From Gemmatimonadota bacterium (lineage in GTDB: Bacteria > Gemmatimonadota > Gemmatimonadetes > Palauibacterales > KS3-K002): a stretch of 64,000 nt of DNA. Made by a program: the position numbers and the translations under genes. The stretch lies in assembly GCA_039586795.1 (NCBI GenBank), contig JBDHJS010000002.1:32001-96000 (forward strand), given 5' to 3'. Position 1 is the first letter of the stretch, and every line of letters begins with the position of its first letter. Below are positions 47,793 to 55,879 of the stretch, piece after piece. The notes under the pieces are model-generated. The model had not been told where the DNA came from. It did not search any database and saw nothing but the letters and a program-made list of their open reading frames with translations.

Positions 47793-48040
47793 ACCACGAA
47801 GATCCGACACGCCGGGAGTTTCTTCTCAAGATCGCCCGTGGCGCGGTCTATAGCGCGCCGCTGATCGCGACGTTTGCCGTGGCTCCGGATCTGCTGGCAC
47901 AGGCAGGCTCGGCGCCCGGCCACCATCACATGCACGCGGCCCCATCGGCGCCCCAGCAGACCACGACTCCGTCCGACGCGCCCGGCGCTTCGCCGACGGA
48001 GAAGCATCCGCCGCCGAGCAGGAAAGGCGAGGGCGGCTAG
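47789..48040 (+). CDS. 83-aa putative precursor peptide with twin-Arg/YxxP leader
   Basis: ATGA overlap with the methyltransferase stop; MNHEDPTRREFLLKIARGAVYSAPLIATFAVAPDLLA-QAGSAPGHHHMH...SRKGEGG. Confidence 0.75.
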   Translation: MNHEDPTRREFLLKIARGAVYSAPLIATFAVAPDLLAQAGSAPGHHHMHAAPSAPQQTTTPSDAPGASPTEKHPPPSRKGEGG

Positions 48041-48052
48041 GCGCCGCGTTCG

Positions 48053-48865
48053 GTGTCCGACCCGGCGACTCTCCTCTATCGCTTTCCCGGCGCCGAGCGG
48101 ATCGTCTCCGCCCGCGTCGCGCCGACCGAGTTCATTCCCCTCATAGACGATTTCTATGCTGCCTATCGCTGTCGCTTATCTGACAGCGAGCTGCCGGTCG
48201 ATCAGGTGATCGAGCTGGAGTACGATGGCGGTGTGTACCGGGTAACGGTCCCCAGTGGCGATTGGGAAGCGGAGTCCGAGGGAGACGCCGTCCTGTTCTA
48301 CGAATACGAGCTGACCGATGCGCTGCTAACAGGCGCCGACGAGTTCGTTAATCTGCATGGTACCGCAGTCGTTCGTGAGTCGCGCTCGATGCTGCTGTTG
48401 GGTCCGTCAGGCACCGGGAAATCGACACTCGCCCTGGCCCTATCGCTGGCGGGTTGGCAAACGATCGCCGATGACGCGCTGCTGATCGACCCGGGGACGG
48501 GTGAGGTCCAACCGTTCGACCGGTCAATCCGCGTCCACGAGTCTAGCTTGCGGGCGCTAGATGTTGATCACGCCACCATCGAAGGGGCCCGATTCTGTGA
48601 ACCGTACCTGTGGCTGAAGGTGCCCGAATCCGGCGCACCCGGTTTGCTCAACCCGGATGCCCTGGTGTTTCTGCGGTCCGGAGCGGCGACCTCGATAGAG
48701 CGGCTGGACGTCACAAACACCCTGAGGGAACTGTTGATCGCGCGCCTGAGCGACCAGAGCGAGCGCGACTTCGATTGTCTGGCGCGTCTTGCAGCAGAGG
48801 TGCCGGGCTATCTACTGAGCTTCGAGGGCTTCCCGGAAGCGCTGGCGGAGCTAGAGTCGCTCTGA
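48053..48865 (+). CDS. HPr kinase-related P-loop kinase
   Basis: LHGTAV, GPSGTGKSTLA (Walker A) and IADDALLID; resembles HprK-related and lasso-peptide kinases. Confidence 0.82.
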   Translation: MSDPATLLYRFPGAERIVSARVAPTEFIPLIDDFYAAYRCRLSDSELPVDQVIELEYDGGVYRVTVPSGDWEAESEGDAVLFYEYELTDALLTGADEFVNLHGTAVVRESRSMLLLGPSGTGKSTLALALSLAGWQTIADDALLIDPGTGEVQPFDRSIRVHESSLRALDVDHATIEGARFCEPYLWLKVPESGAPGLLNPDALVFLRSGAATSIERLDVTNTLRELLIARLSDQSERDFDCLARLAAEVPGYLLSFEGFPEALAELESL

Positions 48866-49273
48866 CCCGTAAGCATCGGACCAGAGGTCAGCGTTCTCCA
48901 TCACCCGCACCCTGTAGACGCTCACGCCTTCGGGCAACCGCGCCTCGACCTTTTCAAGGATGAAGGCCGCCAGGTTCTCTGTGGTCGGCATCCGACCGCC
49001 AGGGCCGAACTCGGGGATCTCGGAGTTGATGTCCCGGCCATGGAGTGGGATGACTTCGGCCCCTAGGATCTTGTCGAGCGCCCCGAGGTCGATGACCATC
49101 CCGCTCTTCTCATCGATCGCGCCCTGGACGGTAACCTCGCAGCGATAGTCGTGGGCGTGGGTCTCCGCCAAAGCGCCGAAGCGCCGGCGGTTCTCCTCTT
49201 CGCTCCAGTCAGAACGATGGTAGTGATGCGACGCGGTGAAACGGACCGCTCGCGTAAGAAAGCCCAATGGCAT
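48851..49273 (-). CDS. 6-pyruvoyl-tetrahydropterin synthase/QueD (T-fold) family protein
   Basis: FTASH, EENRRRFG, HAHDY, GMVIDL and PTTENLA motifs. Confidence 0.88.
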   Translation of the reverse strand: MPLGFLTRAVRFTASHHYHRSDWSEEENRRRFGALAETHAHDYRCEVTVQGAIDEKSGMVIDLGALDKILGAEVIPLHGRDINSEIPEFGPGGRMPTTENLAAFILEKVEARLPEGVSVYRVRVMENADLWSDAYGSERL

Positions 49274-49341
49274 GGTTCCCAATCCCTGAATCCCTCTGAA
49301 AGCCTCGATATCTTTGACTGGGCCCGGTAAGTTAGGCACTC

Positions 49342-50256
49342 ATGAAAGAGCCAGCCACCGCCGGGAAGCTGCCGAGACAAGCTAAGTTCGTCGATCTCAG
49401 CGACTACGCCCGTCCGCTCGCCGCGTGGATCGCCCGGCGTCTGCGCGATACGAGGATCACCGCTCCCCATGTAACTCTGGTCTGGGTCGTGCTCGGATTG
49501 GGCGCCGCTGCGTGTTACGGCTTGGGTGGCTTCGGCCTGGCTCTAACCGGCGCGGTGCTCATGCAGGTGAAGAACATCCTTGATGCCGTGGATGGGTCCC
49601 TCGCCAGGCTCCAGGCCAGGCCATCGCGAATCGGGCGCTTCCTCGACTCGATCGGCGACGCGTTCATCGCGGCGGCCATCGCCGCGGCGCTCGGCGTGGC
49701 TGTCGCTCGTGGACGGCCGCTGGCGCTCGCTGTCTCGCTGGCCGTGGCGGCACTGGTGTTCGGACTGCTGCAGGGCTCCGTCTTCAACTACTACTACGTT
49801 TGCTACCGGGTGCGTCAGGGCGGCGATACGACCAGCCGGGTCAAAGAAGCGCTGACCGAGAGCGATGCGATGCACTACGACGGTCGACCGGGGGCGCTCG
49901 CGCTGCTACGCGTGCTGATCGCCGCGTACAACTGGATCTATGGCTGGCAGGATTTGGTCGTTCACCGCATCGACGAATGGGCTGTCCGACCGCTCACCTC
50001 AGAAGGCCGCGGCGAGGAAGCGGATGCGCTGCGGGACGATCGGCGATTCCTCACGGCCGTCAGTTTGCTTGGCCCGGGCGTCCAAATTCTACTGCTCAAT
50101 CTGCTTACCGTTGCGGGCTACTGGAACCTGGGGGCGATGCTGGAGCTGTTTCTCTGGATCGTAGCGGCCGGCGGCACGTCTTACGCCGCGGCCCTCATGC
50201 TGCTGCTCAGAATCAGAACTAAGCGCGCGGCCCGATTACCGGCCGCAACCGTTTGA
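49342..50256 (+). CDS. CDP-alcohol phosphatidyltransferase family protein
   Basis: LDAVDGSLARL...GRFLDSIGD signature. Confidence 0.88.
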   Translation: MKEPATAGKLPRQAKFVDLSDYARPLAAWIARRLRDTRITAPHVTLVWVVLGLGAAACYGLGGFGLALTGAVLMQVKNILDAVDGSLARLQARPSRIGRFLDSIGDAFIAAAIAAALGVAVARGRPLALAVSLAVAALVFGLLQGSVFNYYYVCYRVRQGGDTTSRVKEALTESDAMHYDGRPGALALLRVLIAAYNWIYGWQDLVVHRIDEWAVRPLTSEGRGEEADALRDDRRFLTAVSLLGPGVQILLLNLLTVAGYWNLGAMLELFLWIVAAGGTSYAAALMLLLRIRTKRAARLPAATV

Positions 50257-50270
50257 GTTAGATTCCGCCC

Positions 50271-52415
50271 ATGCCAAATACAAATCTCGAGTCGCTGCGA
50301 TCGATTTTCGAGCCACGCTCAATCGCGGTAGTCGGCGCCAGCCGACGTCATCAGACCATAGGATACGTTATTCTCGACAGCCTGCTTCGCGACGGTTTCA
50401 CAGGTGCGGTCTACCCCGTGAACCCGAAGAGCGAAGTCGTGCATTCGATGCGGGCCTATCCTTCGATCGCCGAGGTACCGGAGAAGGTGGATCTCGCCGT
50501 GATCGTCGTGCCGAAGGAGCTGGTGCTGGCGGTAGCCGAGGAGTGCGGCGCGGCGGGTGTGAAGGGGCTGGTGGTCATTTCGGCGGGCTTCCGGGAGATC
50601 GGCGGCGAGGGTGTGGGGCGCGAGAAGGCGTTGACGGACGTCGCCCGCAAGTACGGGATGCGCTTGGTGGGACCCAACTGCATGGGCGTGCTGAACACCG
50701 ACCCGGCCATCGCGATGAACGCCACGTTTGCTCCCACGGCGCCGCCGACGGGGAACGTCGCGTTCCTCAGTCAGTCGGGCGCGATTGGTGTCACGATCCT
50801 CGACTACGCCCGGGAATACGGTATCGGCGTCAGCAAGTTCATCAGCCTGGGTAACAAGGCCGATATCTCCGGCAACGACGTCCTCGAGTACTTAAAAGAT
50901 GACGACAGTACTTCCGTCATCCTGATGTATCTGGAGAGCTTCGGTAACCCTCGGCATTTCACCCGCATCGCGCGAGAGGTGACGCAGGTGAAGCCGGTTG
51001 TCGCGGTCAAGGCCGCGCGCACTGTTGCCGGCGCCCGGGCGGCGAGCAGCCACACCGGTGCAATGGCCGGACTCGACGTGGCCACCGATGCCCTGTTCTC
51101 CCAGTGCGGCGTGATCCGCGTCGATACCGTCGAGGGTCTGTTCGACATGGGGATGGGTTTCGGCAATGCCGCTCTACCGAAGGGTAACCGGGTCGCCGTG
51201 GTTACGAACGCCGGCGGCCCCGGGATCATCATCGCCGATGCGATAGAGTCGCAAAATCTGCAGGTGGCGGAGTTCACCGATCACACGAAAGACCGGCTGC
51301 GGCAATCTCTGCCCGAGGAAGCCTCGATCAACAACCCGGTCGACATGATCGCCAGCGCCGACGCCGACAGCTACCGAGCCGTGCTGGAAGCGGTGCTCGA
51401 CGACCCCGGTGTCGACGGCGTGATCGCTTCCTTCGTACCACCGCTGGGCGTGCAGTCCGTCGACGTTGCCCGGGCGATCACCGACACGGCGGCGGGACGC
51501 GAGCAGCCCACGTTCGCAGTGCTCATGGGTCGACAGGGGCTGAGGGAGAGCCGGGCGTTGCTGAGCGCCGCCAGCGTGCCGGCGTACATCTTCCCCGAAT
51601 CGGCGGTGCGGGCCCTGACCGGCATGGACCGCTACCGACGCTGGTTGGAGCGCCCGGGCGGAATGGTTCATCGCTATGAGGATGTCGACCGGCGTGCGGT
51701 CCGGCAGATCCTGGAGGGGGCGGCACGCGAGGGCCGGTCACGTCTGTCGGAGGGAGACGCCCTATCGATCCTCGAAGCGTACGGAATTCCGACGGTTCCC
51801 TGGCGCGTGGCGGCGACGGCCGATGAGGCCATCGCCGCGGCAGAAGCCGTGGGCTTCCCAGTCGTGCTCAAGGTCATGGCACCGGAGGTCTCCCATAAGT
51901 CGGATGTTGGGGGCGTGATCGTCGGTCTCGATTCGGACCGCGAAGTCCGCGGTGCTTACTACGAGATGATGGATCGCCTGGAGAAGAACGGCGTGGTTGG
52001 TGATGCGATCGAGGGTGTGCTGGTTCAGAAGATGGTCACCGGCGGACGCGAGACGATCATCGGCACAGCGTTCGACCCAAGCTTCGGCCCGTTGATCATG
52101 TTCGGATTAGGCGGCATCTATGTAGAGGCGCTCGGCGATGTCGTGTTCCGCATCCACCCCGTAAGCGACATCGACGCGGCAGAGATGGTGCGTCAGCTCA
52201 AGGGCTTCAAGCTCCTTCAGGGCGTGCGGGGCGAGAAAGGAGTCGATCTGAACGCCATTCAAGAGGTCATACAACGCATCAGTCAGCTAGTCGGCGACTT
52301 CCCCCGGATCGCCGAGCTCGACATCAATCCGTTCGTCGCTTTCGAGCCCGGCACCAATTCGATGGCTCTCGATGCGCGCTTGCTGATCTCGGACGAACCG
52401 GAGTCCCGTCGATGA
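50271..52415 (+). CDS. Acetate--CoA ligase (ADP-forming) family, fused alpha/beta
   Basis: IAVVGAS, GPNCMG, SQSGA, SSHTG (phospho-His), HKSDVGGV and ELDINP motifs. Confidence 0.94.
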   Translation: MPNTNLESLRSIFEPRSIAVVGASRRHQTIGYVILDSLLRDGFTGAVYPVNPKSEVVHSMRAYPSIAEVPEKVDLAVIVVPKELVLAVAEECGAAGVKGLVVISAGFREIGGEGVGREKALTDVARKYGMRLVGPNCMGVLNTDPAIAMNATFAPTAPPTGNVAFLSQSGAIGVTILDYAREYGIGVSKFISLGNKADISGNDVLEYLKDDDSTSVILMYLESFGNPRHFTRIAREVTQVKPVVAVKAARTVAGARAASSHTGAMAGLDVATDALFSQCGVIRVDTVEGLFDMGMGFGNAALPKGNRVAVVTNAGGPGIIIADAIESQNLQVAEFTDHTKDRLRQSLPEEASINNPVDMIASADADSYRAVLEAVLDDPGVDGVIASFVPPLGVQSVDVARAITDTAAGREQPTFAVLMGRQGLRESRALLSAASVPAYIFPESAVRALTGMDRYRRWLERPGGMVHRYEDVDRRAVRQILEGAAREGRSRLSEGDALSILEAYGIPTVPWRVAATADEAIAAAEAVGFPVVLKVMAPEVSHKSDVGGVIVGLDSDREVRGAYYEMMDRLEKNGVVGDAIEGVLVQKMVTGGRETIIGTAFDPSFGPLIMFGLGGIYVEALGDVVFRIHPVSDIDAAEMVRQLKGFKLLQGVRGEKGVDLNAIQEVIQRISQLVGDFPRIAELDINPFVAFEPGTNSMALDARLLISDEPESRR

Positions 52416-53260
52416 GTTCGGACAGAGGGTTCTGCCCTAGGTGCGGAGCACCGGTTACCGAAAGCGACCGAATGTGTTTCGCGTGTGGGCAGGTGCTGGG
52501 CGGGCCAGAACAAGCCGCTCCTGGCTTCGACGGTTTGCCGTCACCGGATCCGAGGTTCGATCCGCCGCCGGCAGGCGTCATGGCACAGGCGCGACCGTTG
52601 CAGGACGATCCCAACCGTTTGTGGGACGTGGGGACGGAGCGTCCGCCGTGGGAGGAGCGCCGTCGCCATGGGTTCTTCGCCGCGCTGTGGCTCACTTGGC
52701 GCGACAGCGTCTTCAAACCCATTCCCTTCTTCCGAACGCTGCCGCCACGTAGTGGCCTCGGCCCTGCGATCGGGTACGCCCTGCTCATGTTCGCCCTGGC
52801 CCTGACGTTCAACATCTACTGGGACGTGTTGCGGACGGCGCTGTTGGGAGGCGGTGAGGAAGGGTTGGCGGTGACCATTCTGAGTGGCTTGATCGCTTTG
52901 TTCATCAACGTCTTGTTACTCGTAGTGTACCTCGTTCTGCTCTTCCTCTTTGTCGCGCTCCTCCACATCGGGTTGTTGATGACCGGGTCCGGGCGAATGG
53001 GCTACGAGGGGACGTTCCGCTCCGTCGCATACTCCTCCGGCCCGGCCGCGTTCGCCATCTTTCCGTTCTTCGGGTTGATACTGAGTCTCGTGTGGGGCAC
53101 GGTCATCGTGTTCATCGCCGTACGGGAAGTACAGCGCACCACGAACGGGCGCGTCGCTATCGCGTTTCTGGTGCCGCTCGTCGCCTCGATCGTCTTTTTC
53201 TTCATCATCGGCATCCTCGCCATGATCATGCTCGATACGGCGGACCTGATGACGATCTAG
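52412..53260 (+). CDS. Zinc-ribbon / YIP1-family membrane protein
   Basis: FCPRCG..CFACG; PPWE; about 5 TM helices. Confidence 0.75.
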   Translation: MSSDRGFCPRCGAPVTESDRMCFACGQVLGGPEQAAPGFDGLPSPDPRFDPPPAGVMAQARPLQDDPNRLWDVGTERPPWEERRRHGFFAALWLTWRDSVFKPIPFFRTLPPRSGLGPAIGYALLMFALALTFNIYWDVLRTALLGGGEEGLAVTILSGLIALFINVLLLVVYLVLLFLFVALLHIGLLMTGSGRMGYEGTFRSVAYSSGPAAFAIFPFFGLILSLVWGTVIVFIAVREVQRTTNGRVAIAFLVPLVASIVFFFIIGILAMIMLDTADLMTI

Positions 53261-53362
53261 CCTCCCTTCGCCCACGCCTCTGTGGGGAACCTCTCGAAAA
53301 ACAAGTCTGTTACAGGAACGTGGAAGTGCAGTGCAGCCCGCGGGATGGGGGAGCCTAACTGT

Positions 53363-53743
53363 ATGCGCAGCAAAACGTTCGGAGTGTCGGCCCTTCTGGC
53401 CGTTGTGGCGGCCTCCGCCGTCTTGACCCGAGAGATCTCCGGAACGCAGGACCGACTTTCCTCTGCGTCCGTGATCGACATCGAGATCAAGACATTCCAA
53501 TTCAACGAGGACACGATTCGGGTGCAGCCGGGCACGTCTGTCCGCTGGACCAACCGTGACCAGGTCGGTCATACGAGCACAGCGGAGAACGGCGAGTGGG
53601 AATCGCCGCTGCTGGGACCGGGCGAGTCGTTCGAGTTTCTCTTCGAGGAAGAGGGCGAATTCCCGTATACCTGCACGCCACACCCATTCATGCGTGGAAT
53701 GATCATCGTTGCGTCCGATGCGGATGCGCGAGAGCGCTCATGA
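53363..53743 (+). CDS. Secreted cupredoxin (plastocyanin/amicyanin-like)
   Basis: Signal peptide; WTNRDQVGHT and YTCTPHPFMRG supply type-1 Cu ligands H/C/H/M. Confidence 0.9.
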   Translation: MRSKTFGVSALLAVVAASAVLTREISGTQDRLSSASVIDIEIKTFQFNEDTIRVQPGTSVRWTNRDQVGHTSTAENGEWESPLLGPGESFEFLFEEEGEFPYTCTPHPFMRGMIIVASDADARERS

Positions 53744-53789
53744 GGCGTCTGTCGAAGTGTACATACATGACCTGCATCAAGGAGGGAGT

Positions 53790-54794
53790 ATGAAGAAGCC
53801 GAGGTTTGCGTTCGCGTCGACCGTTGCCGTCCTCGCCGTCGGCGCGCTGGCGTGGTCCGCCTGCTCCGACTCGACGGAGCCGAATGGGAACGGCAATGGC
53901 AACGGCAACGTCGGTCCCCCGGCCAACGTCGCTATCGCCTCCGGTGATAACCAGCGCGTGATGATTCAGATCGCATTCTTCGATGCGCTCGTCGTGCTGG
54001 TGACCGACGCCGATGGTGACGCCGTATCCGGTGCGACAGTAGACTGGGCCATCACCCAGGGCGGTGGCTCGCTGTCCGCGGCCAGTTCGACGACGAACGC
54101 CAACGGGCGGGCGAGCGTGACGCTCACGGCCGGCATGGACGAAGAGACCATCCAGGTCACGGCCAGCGTGGACGGAGTGGCCAGCGCCCCGGTCTTCAGC
54201 GAAGTGGCCGTGGAGCCGAGCTCGATAGCGGCGACCGACGGCGACAACCAGATGGCCCGGATCGATCAGCCGCTGGCGAACCCGCTTGAAGTCACGGTGC
54301 GGGCCAGTGACAACGGTCCGGTGCCCGGCGCCACGGTGGACTGGCAGGTGACGGCAAACGACGGGACGCTGTCCACGGCTAGCTCTACAACGGACGCGAA
54401 CGGCGAGGCGACGACGATGCTGACCCTCGGTTCGACCCTGGGCGGGAACACCGTTCAGGCGTCGGCTGGTACGGGAATCGATACGAACCTGAACGCCAAC
54501 GGTACGCAGCCCGTTTCGGTCACGGTGGACATGCAGAACATCGCGTTCAACGCGCCGGGGGGCGGGGACGATGTGACGATCATGCTCGGCGATACCGTGA
54601 CCTGGAACAACCTGGATGCGGTGAACCACACGGCCACGTCGAACAGCGTGCCCACGGGCGGCAGCGGCTTCGACAGCGGTACGATGGGGAACGGCGCTAC
54701 GTTCTCGTTCGTGCCTAACACCCGGGGCGAGTGGATCTACTTATGCGAGTTCCATCCGGTTGCCATGGCGGACGCCCGCATCGTCGTGCAGTGA
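53790..54794 (+). CDS. Lipoprotein with two Ig-like (Big_1/invasin-type) domains and C-terminal cupredoxin
   Basis: RBS GGAGG; lipobox WSAC; two SGDNQ/DGDNQ...TNANG/TDANG repeats; NHTAT..YLCEFHPVAM. Confidence 0.82.
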   Translation: MKKPRFAFASTVAVLAVGALAWSACSDSTEPNGNGNGNGNVGPPANVAIASGDNQRVMIQIAFFDALVVLVTDADGDAVSGATVDWAITQGGGSLSAASSTTNANGRASVTLTAGMDEETIQVTASVDGVASAPVFSEVAVEPSSIAATDGDNQMARIDQPLANPLEVTVRASDNGPVPGATVDWQVTANDGTLSTASSTTDANGEATTMLTLGSTLGGNTVQASAGTGIDTNLNANGTQPVSVTVDMQNIAFNAPGGGDDVTIMLGDTVTWNNLDAVNHTATSNSVPTGGSGFDSGTMGNGATFSFVPNTRGEWIYLCEFHPVAMADARIVVQ

Positions 54795-54822
54795 ATCGGG
54801 ACCTCTGAGGGCCATCCCGGCG

Positions 54823-54894
54823 TTTTCCACATATATATAGGAGAGTGGAAAAGGCTGAACCCCGGTTTTCCACGCACCCGTGGAAAACCGGGGT
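54823..54894. promoter_or_regulatory. Two inverted pairs of TTTTCCAC(A/G) boxes upstream of ku
   Basis: TTTTCCACA 54823 / AGTGGAAAA 54844; 16-bp perfect stem ACCCCGGTTTTCCACG-cacc-CGTGGAAAACCGGGGT. Confidence 0.55.
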
Positions 54895-54966
54895 GGACCC
54901 CGACCGCCGACCGCTACATCTTGTAATCCCTCACAGCCCAACGACTTCTCGACGGAGGCCTCAACC

Positions 54967-55761
54967 ATGGGCACCATCTGGAAAGGCGCTATCAGCTTCG
55001 GCTTGGTGAATATCCCCGTGCGTGTGGAAAGCGCTACACGGGATACGGGGCCCAAGTTCAAGATGCTCCACGGCAAGGACAACACGCCGGTCAAGATGCT
55101 CCGCATTCGGCAGACGGACGAGGAGCCGGTGGAGTTCAAGGAGCTGGTGAAGGGCTATGAATACGAGCCGGGCCATTACGTGATTCTCGACGAGGACGAC
55201 TTCAAGCAGGTCGCCCTCGCGGTCACGCGGACCATCGACATCATGGACTTCGTCGATGAGTCGGAGATCGATTCCCGCTACTTCGAGAAGCCGTACTACC
55301 TTGCGGTCCAGCCGGGCGGCGAGAAGCCCTATGCGCTGCTGCGCAAAGCGATGCGCGATACCGGCAAAGTCGCGGTGGCCAAGACCGTGTTCCGCAATCG
55401 CGAGCACCTTGCGGCGGTGAAGGTCGTGGGCGACGCGCTGGTCCTCGACATCATGCGGTTCCACGACGAGTTGATTCCATTGGAGGCGGTGCAGACGCCC
55501 AAGGAAGCAGAGTTGAGCGACAAAGAGATCGACATGGCGCATCAGCTCATCGAGCAACTGACTTCCGGGTTCGACCCCGAGACCTATCGTGACGAGTACA
55601 ACGACAAGTTGATGGAGCGAATTCAGGCGAAGATCGACGGCCGGGAAATCGCCCGGATCGAAGTCGACGAGGCCGTCGAGACCGAGGTCGTCGATCTCGT
55701 AGCCCGTCTCAAAGAGAGCCTCGAGCGGGCCGAAGAGGACCGGAAAGCCGCAGAAGGCTAA
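54967..55761 (+). CDS. ku: Non-homologous end joining protein Ku
   Basis: IWKGAISFGLVNIPV, VKGYEY, YFEKPYYL and YRDEY motifs. Confidence 0.96.
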   Translation: MGTIWKGAISFGLVNIPVRVESATRDTGPKFKMLHGKDNTPVKMLRIRQTDEEPVEFKELVKGYEYEPGHYVILDEDDFKQVALAVTRTIDIMDFVDESEIDSRYFEKPYYLAVQPGGEKPYALLRKAMRDTGKVAVAKTVFRNREHLAAVKVVGDALVLDIMRFHDELIPLEAVQTPKEAELSDKEIDMAHQLIEQLTSGFDPETYRDEYNDKLMERIQAKIDGREIARIEVDEAVETEVVDLVARLKESLERAEEDRKAAEG

Positions 55762-55800
55762 CAGCAACTTTTTGTCGCCAACTACGTGCCCCTCAAATGG

Positions 55801-55876
55801 TGCTCTTGCTCGTGCTCGCTTATCGTGCTCGTGATCGCAATCGATACGAGCAGGAGCACGATAACGAGCACGAGCC
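55801..55876. repeat. Hexamer-unit inverted repeat between ku and ligD
   Basis: GCTCGTGCTCGCTTATCGTGCTC ... GAGCACGATAACGAGCACGAGC. Confidence 0.75.
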
Positions 55877-55879
55877 GGA

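Noticed and set aside
46317..48865. Lasso peptide or PQQ biosynthesis cluster
   Set aside because: No asparagine-synthetase-like cyclase, transglutaminase-like B2 protease or PqqA/B/C/E genes are present.
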